Positions 1-11,403 of a stretch of DNA of 64,000 nucleotides are shown piece by piece. Origin of the DNA: Cycas panzhihuaensis (Eukaryota; Plantae; Cycadophyta); assembly GCA_023213395.1 (NCBI GenBank), contig CM041465.1, positions 125,805,741-125,869,740 on the forward strand. Direction: 5' to 3'. The position numbers were made by a program, and so were the translations under genes. The notes below the pieces were generated by a model. It made no database searches and was not told the DNA's origin. It saw only the letters and a list, made by a program, of their open reading frames with translations. Every line of letters begins with the position of its first letter. Position 1 is the first letter of the stretch.

Positions 1-1733
1 TTGCCTCTTTATCTCATTATTCTCTACAATGGAGTGCCTATACAAAGCAACATTAGGTAATGGTGCATCTCCTACAAGAGTGATTTCATGCTCTATCTTT
101 CTCTTTGGTGGTAGCCCATCAACATGTTAAAATAGAATATCATACCTTGTCTTTAACTCCTCAATTTGTTATATTTGTTTAGGTGATATAAGAAGAGTGT
201 GAGTAGAAGGACCTTCTTCATCTCTTGGCTCTTCTTTTCTCCTTACCATTAAGATGACGAATTTACCACATGCATTGATCATCCTTTTTGCTTGAGTAGC
301 TGAAATTAATGCTATCTTATCCAAGTGCTTCTTTGTGGCCTTTATGATGAAGCCCTTGTTATCCTTCATCAACCAATACTTTCTCTCCCTTCGATAGAAG
401 AGTGCATCTCGATCCCACAAGTAGGGACTTCCAAGCACAACATGGCATACATCTAATAGCACTACATCACATATTACTTCATCAATAAAATCATTAGTGA
501 TGGAAAATTTAAGTGTACATTGCTTTGATATTTGCATTTCCACATCTTTATGGATCCAACCAAGAGGATATGGATGAGGGTGAGGAGTAGTTACCAACCC
601 AATGCTCTTTACCAAACTTTCTGAGATCAAATTCTTTTGGCTCCCTGGATCTATAATGGCACCAATAATACTATTTCCTACTTAAAGCTTCAAGTGAAAT
701 AGTTCCTCCCTTGTAGTATCATCTTCATAATTTGTAAGTAGAGTAACATTCTCTTCTTCTCCTTCACTTTGAATCTCCACCTCAGAAAGTAGTGCTTTCC
801 CTTTTTCCTTCTTTCTTAATTCCATATCCTTGATATGCTTTGGCTTTAGCTCTGGATGCAACTTCCAACACTTTGCTGTAATATGACCACTAATATCACA
901 ATGCTCACAATAGTTAGAACTTTTAACAAAATTAGTTCTTTTCTTCTTTCCTTCTTGCCTTTTAGATGAGTGCAATTTAGGATTCTTTTCATACTTATTA
1001 GAAGTAAAAGTAGAATCTTTAGACATGAATGTAGATTTCTTGCTTTTACTTTCTATCGCCATAGCCATTCTACTTACTTCTCCAATGGATTGAACCTTAA
1101 AAAAGCCTTATTTCCTTCCTTACCAAGTAGCTTGTCATGCTTAATACCAAGTAGCATGTCATGCCTAAACAAAAAAGAAGTATAGTCTTAGACACATACA
1201 CCTCTCCCTTGGCGTAAATATTGCCAAGTGACCCATTGGTCTTCCTCATGACCTATGGGGTAGAATTGCTTCTTTATTATTTTCTTAAAATCCATCCATG
1301 AAAAAGAAGATACATCATGAGTATTCAAATATGCATTCCACCATGTCAATGCATGTTTACACAACTTGAGCCTAGCAAATGAAAGCTTTTGAGCATTATT
1401 ATAAGTATAAATTGTGAAGTAGGTTTCAAGTTGATCCAACCAATGGTCCAACTTTTTAGCATTTACCTCTCCATCATAAGTTGGAATATCCAACTTTGCC
1501 TCCACCTTGAAGGGTTGATGAGATGAAGTACCCTTGCTTTCTTCAAAAGAGTGCTTTAAGGTCTCCTCATTTTCCTCTTCATGGTTGTGGTCATATGTGG
1601 ATCCTCCTTCAACTTCCTTCTCTTTGTCTTTTCCCTTGACTAGAGGTAGAAGTTGGGTCATCATTTGCATTAAGGCTTCTACGTTCTTCTCAAGCTTTTC
1701 AAATCTAATTTCTCCATCTTCTTTTTCAGCCAT
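1..1733 (-). pseudogene. Disrupted gypsy gag-protease-(RT start) polyprotein
   Basis: ORFs 1188-1775, 682-1068 and 169-630 are collinear pieces separated by stops or frameshifts; likely ATG at 1733 (MAEKEDG). Confidence 0.88.
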
Positions 1734-1849
1734 GGTGCTTGGATTCTTTCTTTGTCTTCTTGGTGATTGTAACACAAGAAAGTCTTCACCTTTCTCTTTG
1801 TATCATTTCTTTGTTTGTACCATTCAAGTCCCTACAACAAAGATCACAG

Positions 1850-1861
1850 GCTCTGATACCA
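1850..1861 (-). promoter_or_regulatory. Primer binding site (tRNA-iMet)
   Basis: GCTCTGATACCA on + is TGGTATCAGAGC on -, the canonical Met PBS, lying just upstream of gag. Confidence 0.93.
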
Positions 1862-1866
1862 AAATA

Positions 1867-3124
1867 TGATCCCAAAAGAGCTTAGTTGGTGAAGAAGTCA
1901 ATTATCAACCTTTTCTCCTTGAGATCCTGGGAGTTAGTGTAGAAATCTCAATAATATAAAAACAGCAATGAGCCCACAAAAAGAAATTCTACACCAAAAC
2001 ATTTATTCTTTACATTGATCCAAAAGTATAAGGAGTAGTACTTTTATTAAACTATGAGAATCTCCATTTAATGGTAGAGAAATCAATTAGTAAAAGAATG
2101 GTAAAATTAGAAGGAATAAATGATATAATTATACCATAAGGGGGACTCCAACCCTCCAAAATGCTTCTCTAAGGATGCTTCCCAAGTCAAGTCTCCAAGA
2201 ACCACCTCTCCAACCCCTAATAGGGCTTAATTTATAAAAATAAACCAAAATTGCATGTTTAACAAGTGGCAATCATGCAAGTATAACCACTAACCACCAG
2301 AATGCATATTGTCCAAGTGGCCTTCATGTAATTCTTAAAAAGTTGTAGCTTGTAACTAATCTTAACGGATCTCAATTTGGCTCAAATTTGTTACAAGTAT
2401 AGGAACGTATGTCCCCTCCACTTCCTCAAAATTTTAGCTTATTTGGATGTCATTTGACTGCATTTTTATTCATTTAATTATAATATGTATTTGTTGTTTT
2501 TCTGCTATCCAAGTGGCCTTCATGTAATTCTTAAAAGTTTCAGCTTGTAACTAACCTTAACTAACTCCAATTCAGCTCAAATTTGGTGAACATATAGCAA
2601 CTCATGTCTCCTCCACCTCCTCAAAATTTTAACTCATTTGGATGTCATTTGGCCATATTTTTATTCATTTAATTATAATATGTATTTACTATTTTTTTTT
2701 CTGCTAGCTGTGGGATTAATTTTATGCAAAACAAGGCTTGAACTCTAATCAAATGATATTTTCTGAACCCCACCTTTTGTACACATCTAGTGGGATGTGT
2801 CTTCTAGCTTTACACAAAAATTCATATAATTTTGATACCATTTGGCCATATCTCGTTTAGTTATACCAATGCCTAGCATTTTCCGCATCCTGTAAACATA
2901 TGGTAGATCCTCCTAGATCATAGGAACTTTATCAGATCTCATTGTCAAATGGATTTCATTCCTGTTAAGTCATAGAGTTGTGTCACCCCATCATTGATGT
3001 ACTTCATTTGTTTCCCATCATCCTGATTAGAGTGACAACCACTTATATCATTATGACCTTTCACCATCCTATCACTCTCTCTAGAATAGGATCCTTAGGT
3101 GTCAAGGGGGTAAGTGTTTCATCA
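1867..3124 (-). repeat. 5' LTR of the left-edge gypsy element (~1.26 kb)
   Basis: Minus-strand TGATG...GATCA termini adjacent to the PBS. The partner LTR is outside the window, so the outer boundary is inferred. Confidence 0.65.
2312..2706. repeat. ~196-bp tandem duplication inside the LTR
   Basis: TCCAAGTGGCCTTCATGTAATTCTTAAAA...CATTTAATTATAATATGTAT...CTGCTA starts at both 2312 and 2508. Confidence 0.9.
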
Positions 3125-3585
3125 AAACCTAGCCTCTTGATTTGTATTTGATTTATATTAGTAAATTGTGACATGTTATGTGTGATTTCATTAGATATGA
3201 TTGATGGATTTTATTTGATCATAGTTTAGGGTATGTTTTGTTCAAGTGATCTATGAAACTGAATTAATGAAACATGATCAATGATGATGTGACTTGTATT
3301 TTTACTACCATACATCAATGATGTAAACTATGATACCAAAAATTTTCTTTCAGGATTAATTTAACCTCATGTTTCTTTCAAAATTTATTATTTTTGTTTT
3401 ATTTTCAACATTTCATCTAAATTTTGTTGTTTCTTAACTTTTGGGCTTGCATTTAATGTGTTTCACCTAATTCTAAGTTTATCAACTTATTAATGAAGCT
3501 ATTTTCATGATTAGATTCTTATTTGATACTAAAATTTTTTATATTTTTATCAAATTTTCACCCCGCTATTATCATATTTTTTGCG

Positions 3586-3668
3586 CTACCAAAAACGTGA
3601 CCTGTCACATTTTTAGAATAAAGTCATATTTTTGGTAGGTGAAAAATGTGACCAGTCACATTTTTCAC
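3586..3668. repeat. Cluster of short palindromes (AAAAATGTGAC-NN-GTCACATTTTT)
   Basis: Perfect 14-bp arms GTGAAAAATGTGAC-CA-GTCACATTTTTCAC at 3639-3668, with an imperfect sister copy at 3591-3614. Confidence 0.85.
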
Positions 3669-5589
3669 TATTATGCAATGAAAACTCAGGTAGTGCACCA
3701 AAATTTTGCATACCACCACCCAAATTTGGTGAAATTTGATTCTATCGATGCCTATAATTGCTTTTGAGTCTTGGGTGATTGTTATGGAAGACGTTAGTGG
3801 TGGTTTGGCTCAATTTTTGTGAAGATTTTTTGAAGTTTTAAAGATTTCTTGAGGACTGTTGCTATAAATTTAAAAACTTGATTTCTTGAAGACTGATGGA
3901 TGAAATCTCGAAGGAGTTTTATCATTGTGTTATTACTATTCGACTCTTAATGGTCTAGGTTTCTATTTTCTTGGATCTTCATCAAGTTTTGTGCTTCAAA
4001 CTTCTCTTGATTTGGTAAGATCTTTCCTACTATATTTCTAGCTTGTTTCATAGTATTTCAAAGGTACATTTGACTTAAAAACCTTCATTTTCTTTGGTTG
4101 ATTCTTTTAGCAATCTTATATTTATCTTGGGTACTAAAATATACACTGAAAAGTTAGCCCTTTATGGGGGTCTTCTAAGGGAAGACTAGAGTAGAGCATG
4201 GTCATCTCTCCACCATATATCTAGTTATCCCTTCCCACTCTCTTGTAGTAGTCTATATTGTAGGTGGTTTGTCACTCTCTTTTGGTATTTTTGGGCTATA
4301 GTTTAGCCTCTCTTAGATGTGTTTTGAAGCAAAATATATAGGAGAGTGAATTAGCTAAAAGAAAAATCTAATCATTCTGAGGTATTTTTCACAATAGGAA
4401 AGAAATCTTTCTATTACATTCTTATGGTTACATTCACTTTTATTTTTAAGTTGGCTCTTTTACCTTATAAATGAAAAGTTGAGAGTGTTGCATTGTGAAA
4501 ATACCTCTGATTTTTAGTCTTGTAAAGGGCCCAAGGATCCTTTTGGAGTTTTGACCACTCTAATTATGATAGAACCATTGGAACTAGTCTTACTTACATA
4601 AGTTATTGTTTAGATTTATGATTTGTTTACCATCTCATAGTTCTAAAAATTGTCAGAAAACAATAGTAGTATCTTTTAAGAATCTCTTTTCTTTGTGCAT
4701 TATTCATCACCCTTTTAAATAAGATTAGTTGCATGTATGAAGGATGAGCCATATTGACTAGCTTTGTGTGTTAGTTGATCTCTTTAAAAAGGCTTACATA
4801 AGGATTATATTAGTGTGTTTCAATATTTAGTAGCATCATTCTCTCTTAAAGTGAAAAGTGCATATTGCATGTAGGAAATCCATTCCATAGTTGCATGTGC
4901 ATCTTTCAAATTAAGAAAGAAAAGAAAAACTTACATGCATATTTCCTTATTGGTTTGCTTTCGATAAAACAAAAAAAAAAGTATTAAAAAAACTAGTATC
5001 CACCTTGTCTAGCTTGTTTACTTTTGATTGATTGTTAAAAAAAAAAAAGGTTTATATGAGTTTGATCTTGTAATCCTTTGGTTACATATATTTATCCTGC
5101 TCTCTTGGTTTTTGTTTCTTTGTTATCTTATTATAATTCAAAAGGAAGAATAAAACACAAGGGAACATAAGGATACCATAAATACCATACAAAAAAGAAA
5201 ATAAACAAAAAAAAAAAGGTAAACAAAGTGAACACAAGCCAAGACAAGAAATAAAAAACAAGACAAACTACCTTTCCATTAGCTTACCCTCTCCCACATC
5301 CAAGTATAACTCAAAAGGTTGAAAGGATTACATGAGAGGAGTACCTAGGAAGGACATTGGGGATATTGTCAATTTGGCTCCAAACTTAAAACTCCTTCAT
5401 CTAGCCATATAGGTTAGTGGATTCTACCACCCCATTTTATTTCTATGCCTTTCGCCATATCCATCTAAACTTAGTAACACAACATCACTTAGCGAAAACT
5501 CCTTCTTAGAAGTTGGGCAAAGATGGTCCCTTATGTCTTTTTAAGCTTCATGTCTCCTAATTTTAACCAAAAAAAGAAAGAAGAGATAT

Positions 5590-5760
5590 TAAGTTTAGGT
5601 CCTCTCAAGATTTCCCCAACCAAGGTAATAACCCAAATCATTGGAGATATCTTGATGGAACTATATTAGATCTTGGTGGCTCCATATCAAGCATTTATCA
5701 ACTACATTTAGTGGCAAACTTTAAGAGGTATATTAAATCTCTCTCAGTCCCATGTATTTA
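5590..5760 (+). mobile_element. Possible very old gypsy aspartic protease remnant
   Basis: Translates DGTILDLGGSIS, resembling the LLDLGAS protease motif. There is no long ORF; the surrounding A-run-rich sequence looks like retroelement leader. Confidence 0.3.
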
Positions 5761-6580
5761 TTTAGGGGGTTTGATGATCGTGGTATTCATTAACACTATC
5801 AATCTCAAATAATATTGGTAGTACTCTCTCTTTCATTTCAATATGCTCTCTTTATCCCCTAATTTCATCAAACATGATGGAATGACCTAGTTGTGAAACA
5901 TCAATACCTCTCAAACTATAATAAAGATGACCTTTTTATGAAACTAAGGAAATGAAAAAATATGAACCAAATCCTTAAAGGTTAAACTGTGGAAGCTAAA
6001 AAGAGCTATAGATTAATGTATCTTTGAGTATCAAGGGAGAGTAGTAGGATGGACAATAAACCTTAGGAGAACAATTGAGAGGTATTGAGAACCACCCTTA
6101 AAGATTGAACAAGTGAAGATAGAATGTCTATAAGTCTATTATAAAAGTTATAAGATTACAAGATGAATAATTAGGTCAAGATCAAAAGCCATTAGTAAAA
6201 GAGTAAAAAATAAGGTATCTCATATAGTAAAAGAATGTTACATAATTACCAGTGGTTGGTAAAACCCTAGTGAAGGTACTTTTGCTAGTAAAAGACAGAT
6301 GTTAATGTTAGCTATTAAAAGGTGTTCATGGGCTACTTAGAGCCACTAATGAAAATAAAGGTTGAATACCTCTCCAATTAGATTCATGGACTAAAGGGCC
6401 ATTTTGCTTATTTAAGGCCTTATGGATGTAAAGGAAGTTAACTTTAAATGAGAAATTATTGTCACCCATTTAGTGAAAACTTTTTGTGCCTATTTTTGTG
6501 TCTATTTGTACTCTATTTGTGTTCTAATATTTTAGTTTTTTTATCAGGTATGAAGAAATCCTCAAAGGAATCATATCAAG

Positions 6581-6592
6581 TGGTATCAGAGC
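6581..6592 (+). promoter_or_regulatory. Primer binding site (tRNA-iMet) of another, mostly deleted LTR element
   Basis: TATCA-AG-TGGTATCAGAGC: an LTR-end CA at 6578 followed by a perfect Met PBS. The upstream LTR start could not be determined. Confidence 0.75.
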
Positions 6593-7285
6593 TACATTTG
6601 TGATCATGGGAAGCTACTCAAGAGATAGAAAAAAAAAAAGAATTTATTTTCTCTATTAGATTAGTACTCTCTATATCTAAGTAGAGATCAAGGAAAGACC
6701 TTTGCTTAGTACTCTCTTTATGAAAATTGAGGAATAATACCAACAGGACTTAGGAGTTGCAAGGGAAGGGGAATTTCTTCCCCTAGGTAATTCCAATACT
6801 CTATTTTCTTTCTGCTTTATATTTCTTTTTTTGATTTAATTCCTTTATTTTAATTTTTGCATTAGATTATTAGTCCAAGGTTAGATAACACTAAAGGGCA
6901 ACTACCCTTTCCCCTCCCACCTCTCTTCTTAGGTAGATAACACTATTGGGCAACTATCCAAGTAGTTAGGTAGAGACATTGTATTAGGGGTCTTTAAATA
7001 TCATAGGGATCTATCATTCTGGCTAAGCGTATCATGGTTTTTCTGCCCCTCACATAAAGGACTAGAGATAACACTCTTCAACTAAGCCCTATATAGAATT
7101 TGGCTACAGAAGTATGCCTCTACATAACTTCAGGTATATAGGAAGACCCCTTTAGGTCCCAAATCCTCCCTAGTATAGGTAAACTATTGGCCACTAGAGT
7201 CTTATAATATAGTGGTTATTAATTAGCACAACGAAGCTACCTGCCCTAAATTTTTACTTCAAAAGTTTATTGGTAGGCCTATAAG

Positions 7286-7936
7286 AAGAAGACCATTCAA
7301 GGATAAACTTGGCCCAAAATGAAGATGACAATGAAGGAGTCATAATAGATAAAGGTGAGAGCTTACTGCTTTAAATAACCATGATAGCACCTAGGTAACA
7401 ACCCATATAAGATAAATGAAAGATAAAGATAGATCATGATTCATAGTTACGAAATAATATTTTTAGGACAAGATGTGCTGTGGGAGGAAAGGTATGCAAC
7501 GTTATAATTGATGGTGGTAGTTGTGAGAATATGATCTCTAATGAAATGGTAAAAAAGTTAAAATTAAGTTGTGAAGTACATCCACATCCATATTGTATTT
7601 CTTGGTTCAAGAAAGGAAATGAGGTGACTGTTGACAAAAGATGCTTAGTTAAATTTAGCATTGGGAAACCATATCAGGATGAGATATGGTATGATGTGAT
7701 CCCAATGGATGCATGCCATTTATTATTGTGGAGACTGTAACTATACGATAGGAATGCCTTTCATGATGGTAGGAATAATTCTTATACATTCTTGAAGAAT
7801 GGTGTTGAGGTGAAGTTATTACCACTTAAGGAAGGAGGGCATGCAGAAAGCATGCTAATTGCTAAAGAATTTATGAAACATGTGCAAAAGGCTAGCACTT
7901 ATTATGCCTTGATGGTAAGATAAGTAAAGGATGATA
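7286..7936 (+). mobile_element. Isolated fragment (gag end-protease) of the same gypsy family as 11404 and 16369
   Basis: Collinear with ~13278-13921 and ~17979-18632; encodes VIIDGGSCENMIS...DACHLLL. Confidence 0.9.
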
Positions 7937-8655
7937 TTCCTCTCACTATCACCTCATAGAATTCATACCTTTACAAACATCAAATAAAATCTAATAGAGT
8001 GGCCAATTATTATTTTATAGGTTTATGTGACTGATATTAATAATAAACTTATTTCAGATAAGAATTCCAAATGGACAAATTTGACAGAAGAGTTCAGATG
8101 TTTACTATACACAATGTTATATTGAAAATGTCCTTTGAATACTATGAAATCTAATAATCAATTGGAATTGAGAGCTTTGTGGGAATTCATAGTATAAAAT
8201 AATTAATAAATAATATGTGGACAATCCACATGGTGAGCAAATTCACAAGGAATCAATATAAAGTACCACCTATTAATATCATAGCCATTCATCATTACCT
8301 AAATCCCTCCTAACTCATTGATTTTTTATTATTTGTAATCTATGATTCATTTATTGATGGCATCATTGCCTCTATTTTATGTTTTCAACTCTCCATGAGG
8401 CTTTAGCTTGGATACAAACACAATTTGCGACTTGCCCTAAAGGCACTATCCACTAACGTTGCAGGTGTTCCACGTCTTCATTGATTACTAATAGTTATAT
8501 TTGCAGTTGCATCCATGTGTTATGTTCAATATTTCTCTAAACAATTGCTATGCTGAATCATCATGATGAGAACTCAAGAGCAGGGTCTGACCATTTTAAT
8601 GTTCTAAAACAAATATAGTGAAAGTATCCAGCGTCTGCAGTCACGTCGACACAAC

Positions 8656-9656
8656 ATATATAAGAAGGCACTATTTTTAGTTTTGTTTATCATTCTTCTA
8701 TGGTTTGTCACAGTCTTAGAGGGTGCAACTAGCAAAGGCCTAAGACTGGGATTTTATAAGAAGACATGCCCCAAAGTGAAATTGATCCTTAAGGAGACTG
8801 TGGCCAAGTACATTACCGAGGCACCATCTCTTGCAGCTTTACTTCTGAGGATGTATTTTTATGACTATTTGGTAAGGGTCATTATTATTATTGTTGTTCA
8901 ATTTTCAATGTGAATTAATGAGGCATATTGGAGATAAGTAGATGATCTATTGAGACAGAATCTATACAGGATGTGACGGGTTGGTTCTATGGAATTCAAC
9001 AAAAACTAGCATAGCAGAAAAGGGTGTTATACCCAACCTCACTGTGAGGGGATTTTAGGTGATTGATGTCATTAGGACTACTCTTGAAAATCACTACCCT
9101 AGAGTTGTTTCCTATGCAGACATTCTTACACTGGTTACATGAGATGCAGTTGTGATGGTAAGTAATAATTATCATTAGATCACATTCACATAAACATATT
9201 GAAGTATTATTTGAATTATTATGGTAATAATTGATTATTATATGCAGTTAATGTTTATTGATTAATCAGAGCACTGTCGTGTGGGTTCGCATCGAATGAA
9301 GAGATGGTATGATATCAATGATGAACGAAGCTTTCACAAACCTTCCTCCACCATTTGCCAATTTCTCATAATTGAAGTCATCTTTTGAAAGCAAAGGTCT
9401 AAATGTCATAGATCTTGTCGTGCACATACCAAAAGAAATGCCCATTGAACTTCCTTCTGTAATAGGAAATATAACATTATCAGAAAGGGTGACGTGGATC
9501 CTCCCTTGCATAAGTTCTATGCAAGAAAATCTTAGAAGAAAGTGTAAGCCAGGAGAGAGTAGTAGGAAAGTAGAAAAGGACCTTGATGGGCTTCAAATAT
9601 TTCACAATCACTACTACGGGAACTTAAAGAAGAGAAGAGGACTATTTGAATTAGAT
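8656..9656 (+). pseudogene. Class III secretory peroxidase pseudogene (PER27/PER3-like), 3'-truncated
   Basis: Exon 1 (8656-8877): signal peptide, GLRLGFYKKTCP, LLRMYFYDYLVR (from LLRMHFHDCFVR). Intron 8878-~8969. Exon 2: GCDG..AEKGVIPNLTVRGF*VID..VVSYADIL..*DAVVM, then a GTAAG donor at 9158. Later pieces: RDG..NLPPPFANFS*LKSSFESKGL and KGDVDP..KCKPG..YYGNLKKRRGLFELD. The start codon appears to be ATA, the distal His is lost and there are internal stops. Confidence 0.92.
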
Positions 9657-9791
9657 CCCCCCTCTTCACCCCCAGATTTCCATAGCTTTATCTATTGTTG
9701 TCTATAGAAGGACTCGAGGAGGAGATGGATGGCTACTCGGCTCCTCATCCACCCTTTTCTTAAATAATCCCAACAATTTTCTCATAAATGA
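9653..9791 (+). pseudogene. MAPKK 3'-end fragment (copy A) fused to the peroxidase pseudogene
   Basis: DPPSSPPDFHSFIYCCL*KDSRRRWMATRLLIHPFLK*SQQFSHK* matches the C-terminus of 44781-45731. MKK 3' flank homology continues to ~10040. Confidence 0.9.
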
Positions 9792-10236
9792 ATTATTACT
9801 ATCTATAAATTTTCTTTGGTAATTGAATATTATATACTCCTAAGATGGTTGTAGAATCTAATTCATTCACTCTTTATAAAGGTAGATTCATTAATATTAT
9901 GTTATTTTATGTTGTGTATTTATATTAAAGTTGTTAAATTTTCATCATTATAGAATGAAATTTAAGAGTTCATTTTTATATCCTTTCTCTATTTTATAAT
10001 AATTAGAGATGAGAAATTCATTCTATTATCAAATTCTCATGATTAGCAAAATTTCATATTGTTAATTGATCGTTATGAGTTTAAATGAGTAAAAATGTCT
10101 TGAAGAACTATTGTAATTTATTTATTCAAAAATGACCTTTAATTTATAATTAAATATGAGAATCCTTTGTTCTTTACTAAAATAATTAATTTTAATTAAA
10201 AAAATCATCACAAAAATTATCCAAGAAAGGCCAAAG

Positions 10237-10520
10237 ACACTTGACATTGAGTTTATGACGAAATGGTTCTAAAAGATGCTATGAAAGCTTTCTTAGATTA
10301 TTGTTAAAAGCTAATGAAATAGTATTACACCTCTAATGCTTATGATCAAAGTCACTTAATAATGGCTTAAAGATGCTTGACATAGGCTTTATGTCCAAAT
10401 GGCTCTAAAAGATTGTATAGAGGTTTTTTTAGATGATTGTTGAAAGCCAATGAACCAATGCCATATCCTTATTTCTTTTTGGATGATTATTGATAGTTAA
10501 TACAATAATGCCATGTCTTT
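10237..10520. repeat. Degenerate ~135-bp tandem repeat (2+ copies)
   Basis: CTTGACAT...TTTATG..AAATGG.TCTAAAAGAT...TTAGAT.ATTGTT.AAAGC.AATGAA at ~10241 and ~10376, with a partial third copy at ~10481. Confidence 0.7.
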
Positions 10521-11403
10521 ATAAATAAAAAATAAGCATTATAATAACTTCTCTCAGTTATTATACAAACCCTATGATATATTATTACCTATCTATAAAT
10601 AAAAGCAAGATGCCTAATTTTTTTATAGTAGACTTTTCTTATGCATATACTTTGTAGTGACTTATTTATTTAGTTTGTTATCATAATTTAATGCTAATAA
10701 CTTGCTTAAAGTGTGTATGATGACAAATTTTCCTTGAATATTATGTTATTAAGTAATAAATATGAAAATAATTTATGCACAACCCTCCCTCTCAATACAC
10801 ACATACGTACATGTCCGCAAGTGCACACACACATACATACACATATGTATGTGTATATGTATAGGTGCTTGCATGTGTGTATATGTGTATATAGATGTAC
10901 ATATATGTATATATGTGTGTGTATTTGTTTGTATATGTATATGTATGTATACATACATATACACAGAAATATAAAGGCAACATACAACTTTAATTTATCA
11001 TTCACTAAGACTAAAATATCATAGGCATTTGGTCTACCTTCTTGTTATCTCCCTAAAGTAACCCATACCTATTATTTTCTTATTTGTCATAGTACACTAT
11101 TAAGGGTGGATTTTGTATGCGACACTACATTTGAATGATACTCAAATGTATATGTTTTGAATTCAACTTGCTTGAGGCTTTTCATCATATTTGCACATTA
11201 TGTCCATTTGAAGTTATCATTGAAAGGGGTTGAGGGAATGTAGAGGAAGGATGTAGAGTATAGAAATTAACATATACAATTTAAAGAATAATTAATTAGA
11301 TAGTTATGTTAGTGAGATAACTTTGATTGAGGGTTGAATTATGAGTGACATGAAAGGTTTATGGAAAGCTAATGGGAGATATAGCCTAGAAAATAACATA
11401 TAT
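10510..11403. repeat. Local microsatellite-bearing repeat unit (host of the gypsy and copia insertions)
   Basis: The same blocks (ATGAAAATAATTT..CCCTCCCTCTC-microsatellite-...GAGGAAGGATGTA...CATGAAAGGTTT) recur at 15021-16368, 22380-22564 plus 26971-27105, and 27960-29345. Confidence 0.8.

Larger units (their letters stand above)
1..3124 (-). mobile_element. Ty3/gypsy LTR retrotransposon (CRM-like termini), 5' part; runs off the left window edge
   Basis: On the minus strand: LTR beginning TGATG at 3124, tRNA-Met PBS at 1861-1850, then gag (FKVEAKLDIPTYDG...ALTWW), CCHC knuckle (CEHCDISGHITAKC), protease (AIIDPGSQKNLIS...HVVLGSPYL) and the RT lead-in (GLPPKRKIEHEITL). Confidence 0.9.

Noticed and set aside
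3639-3668. Resemblance to a bacterial CRP site (TGTGA...TCACA)
   Set aside because: The spacer is 4 bp rather than 6, and the context is plant repeat DNA.
3125-6578. A single 3.4-kb LTR ending at the PBS at 6581
   Set aside because: There is no partner LTR, and a protease-like relic near 5650 suggests several overlapping remnants.
9372-9707. 111-aa ORF as a functional fusion protein
   Set aside because: It has a non-ATG start, switches out of the peroxidase frame internally, has stops in the upstream exons, and the catalytic His is lost.
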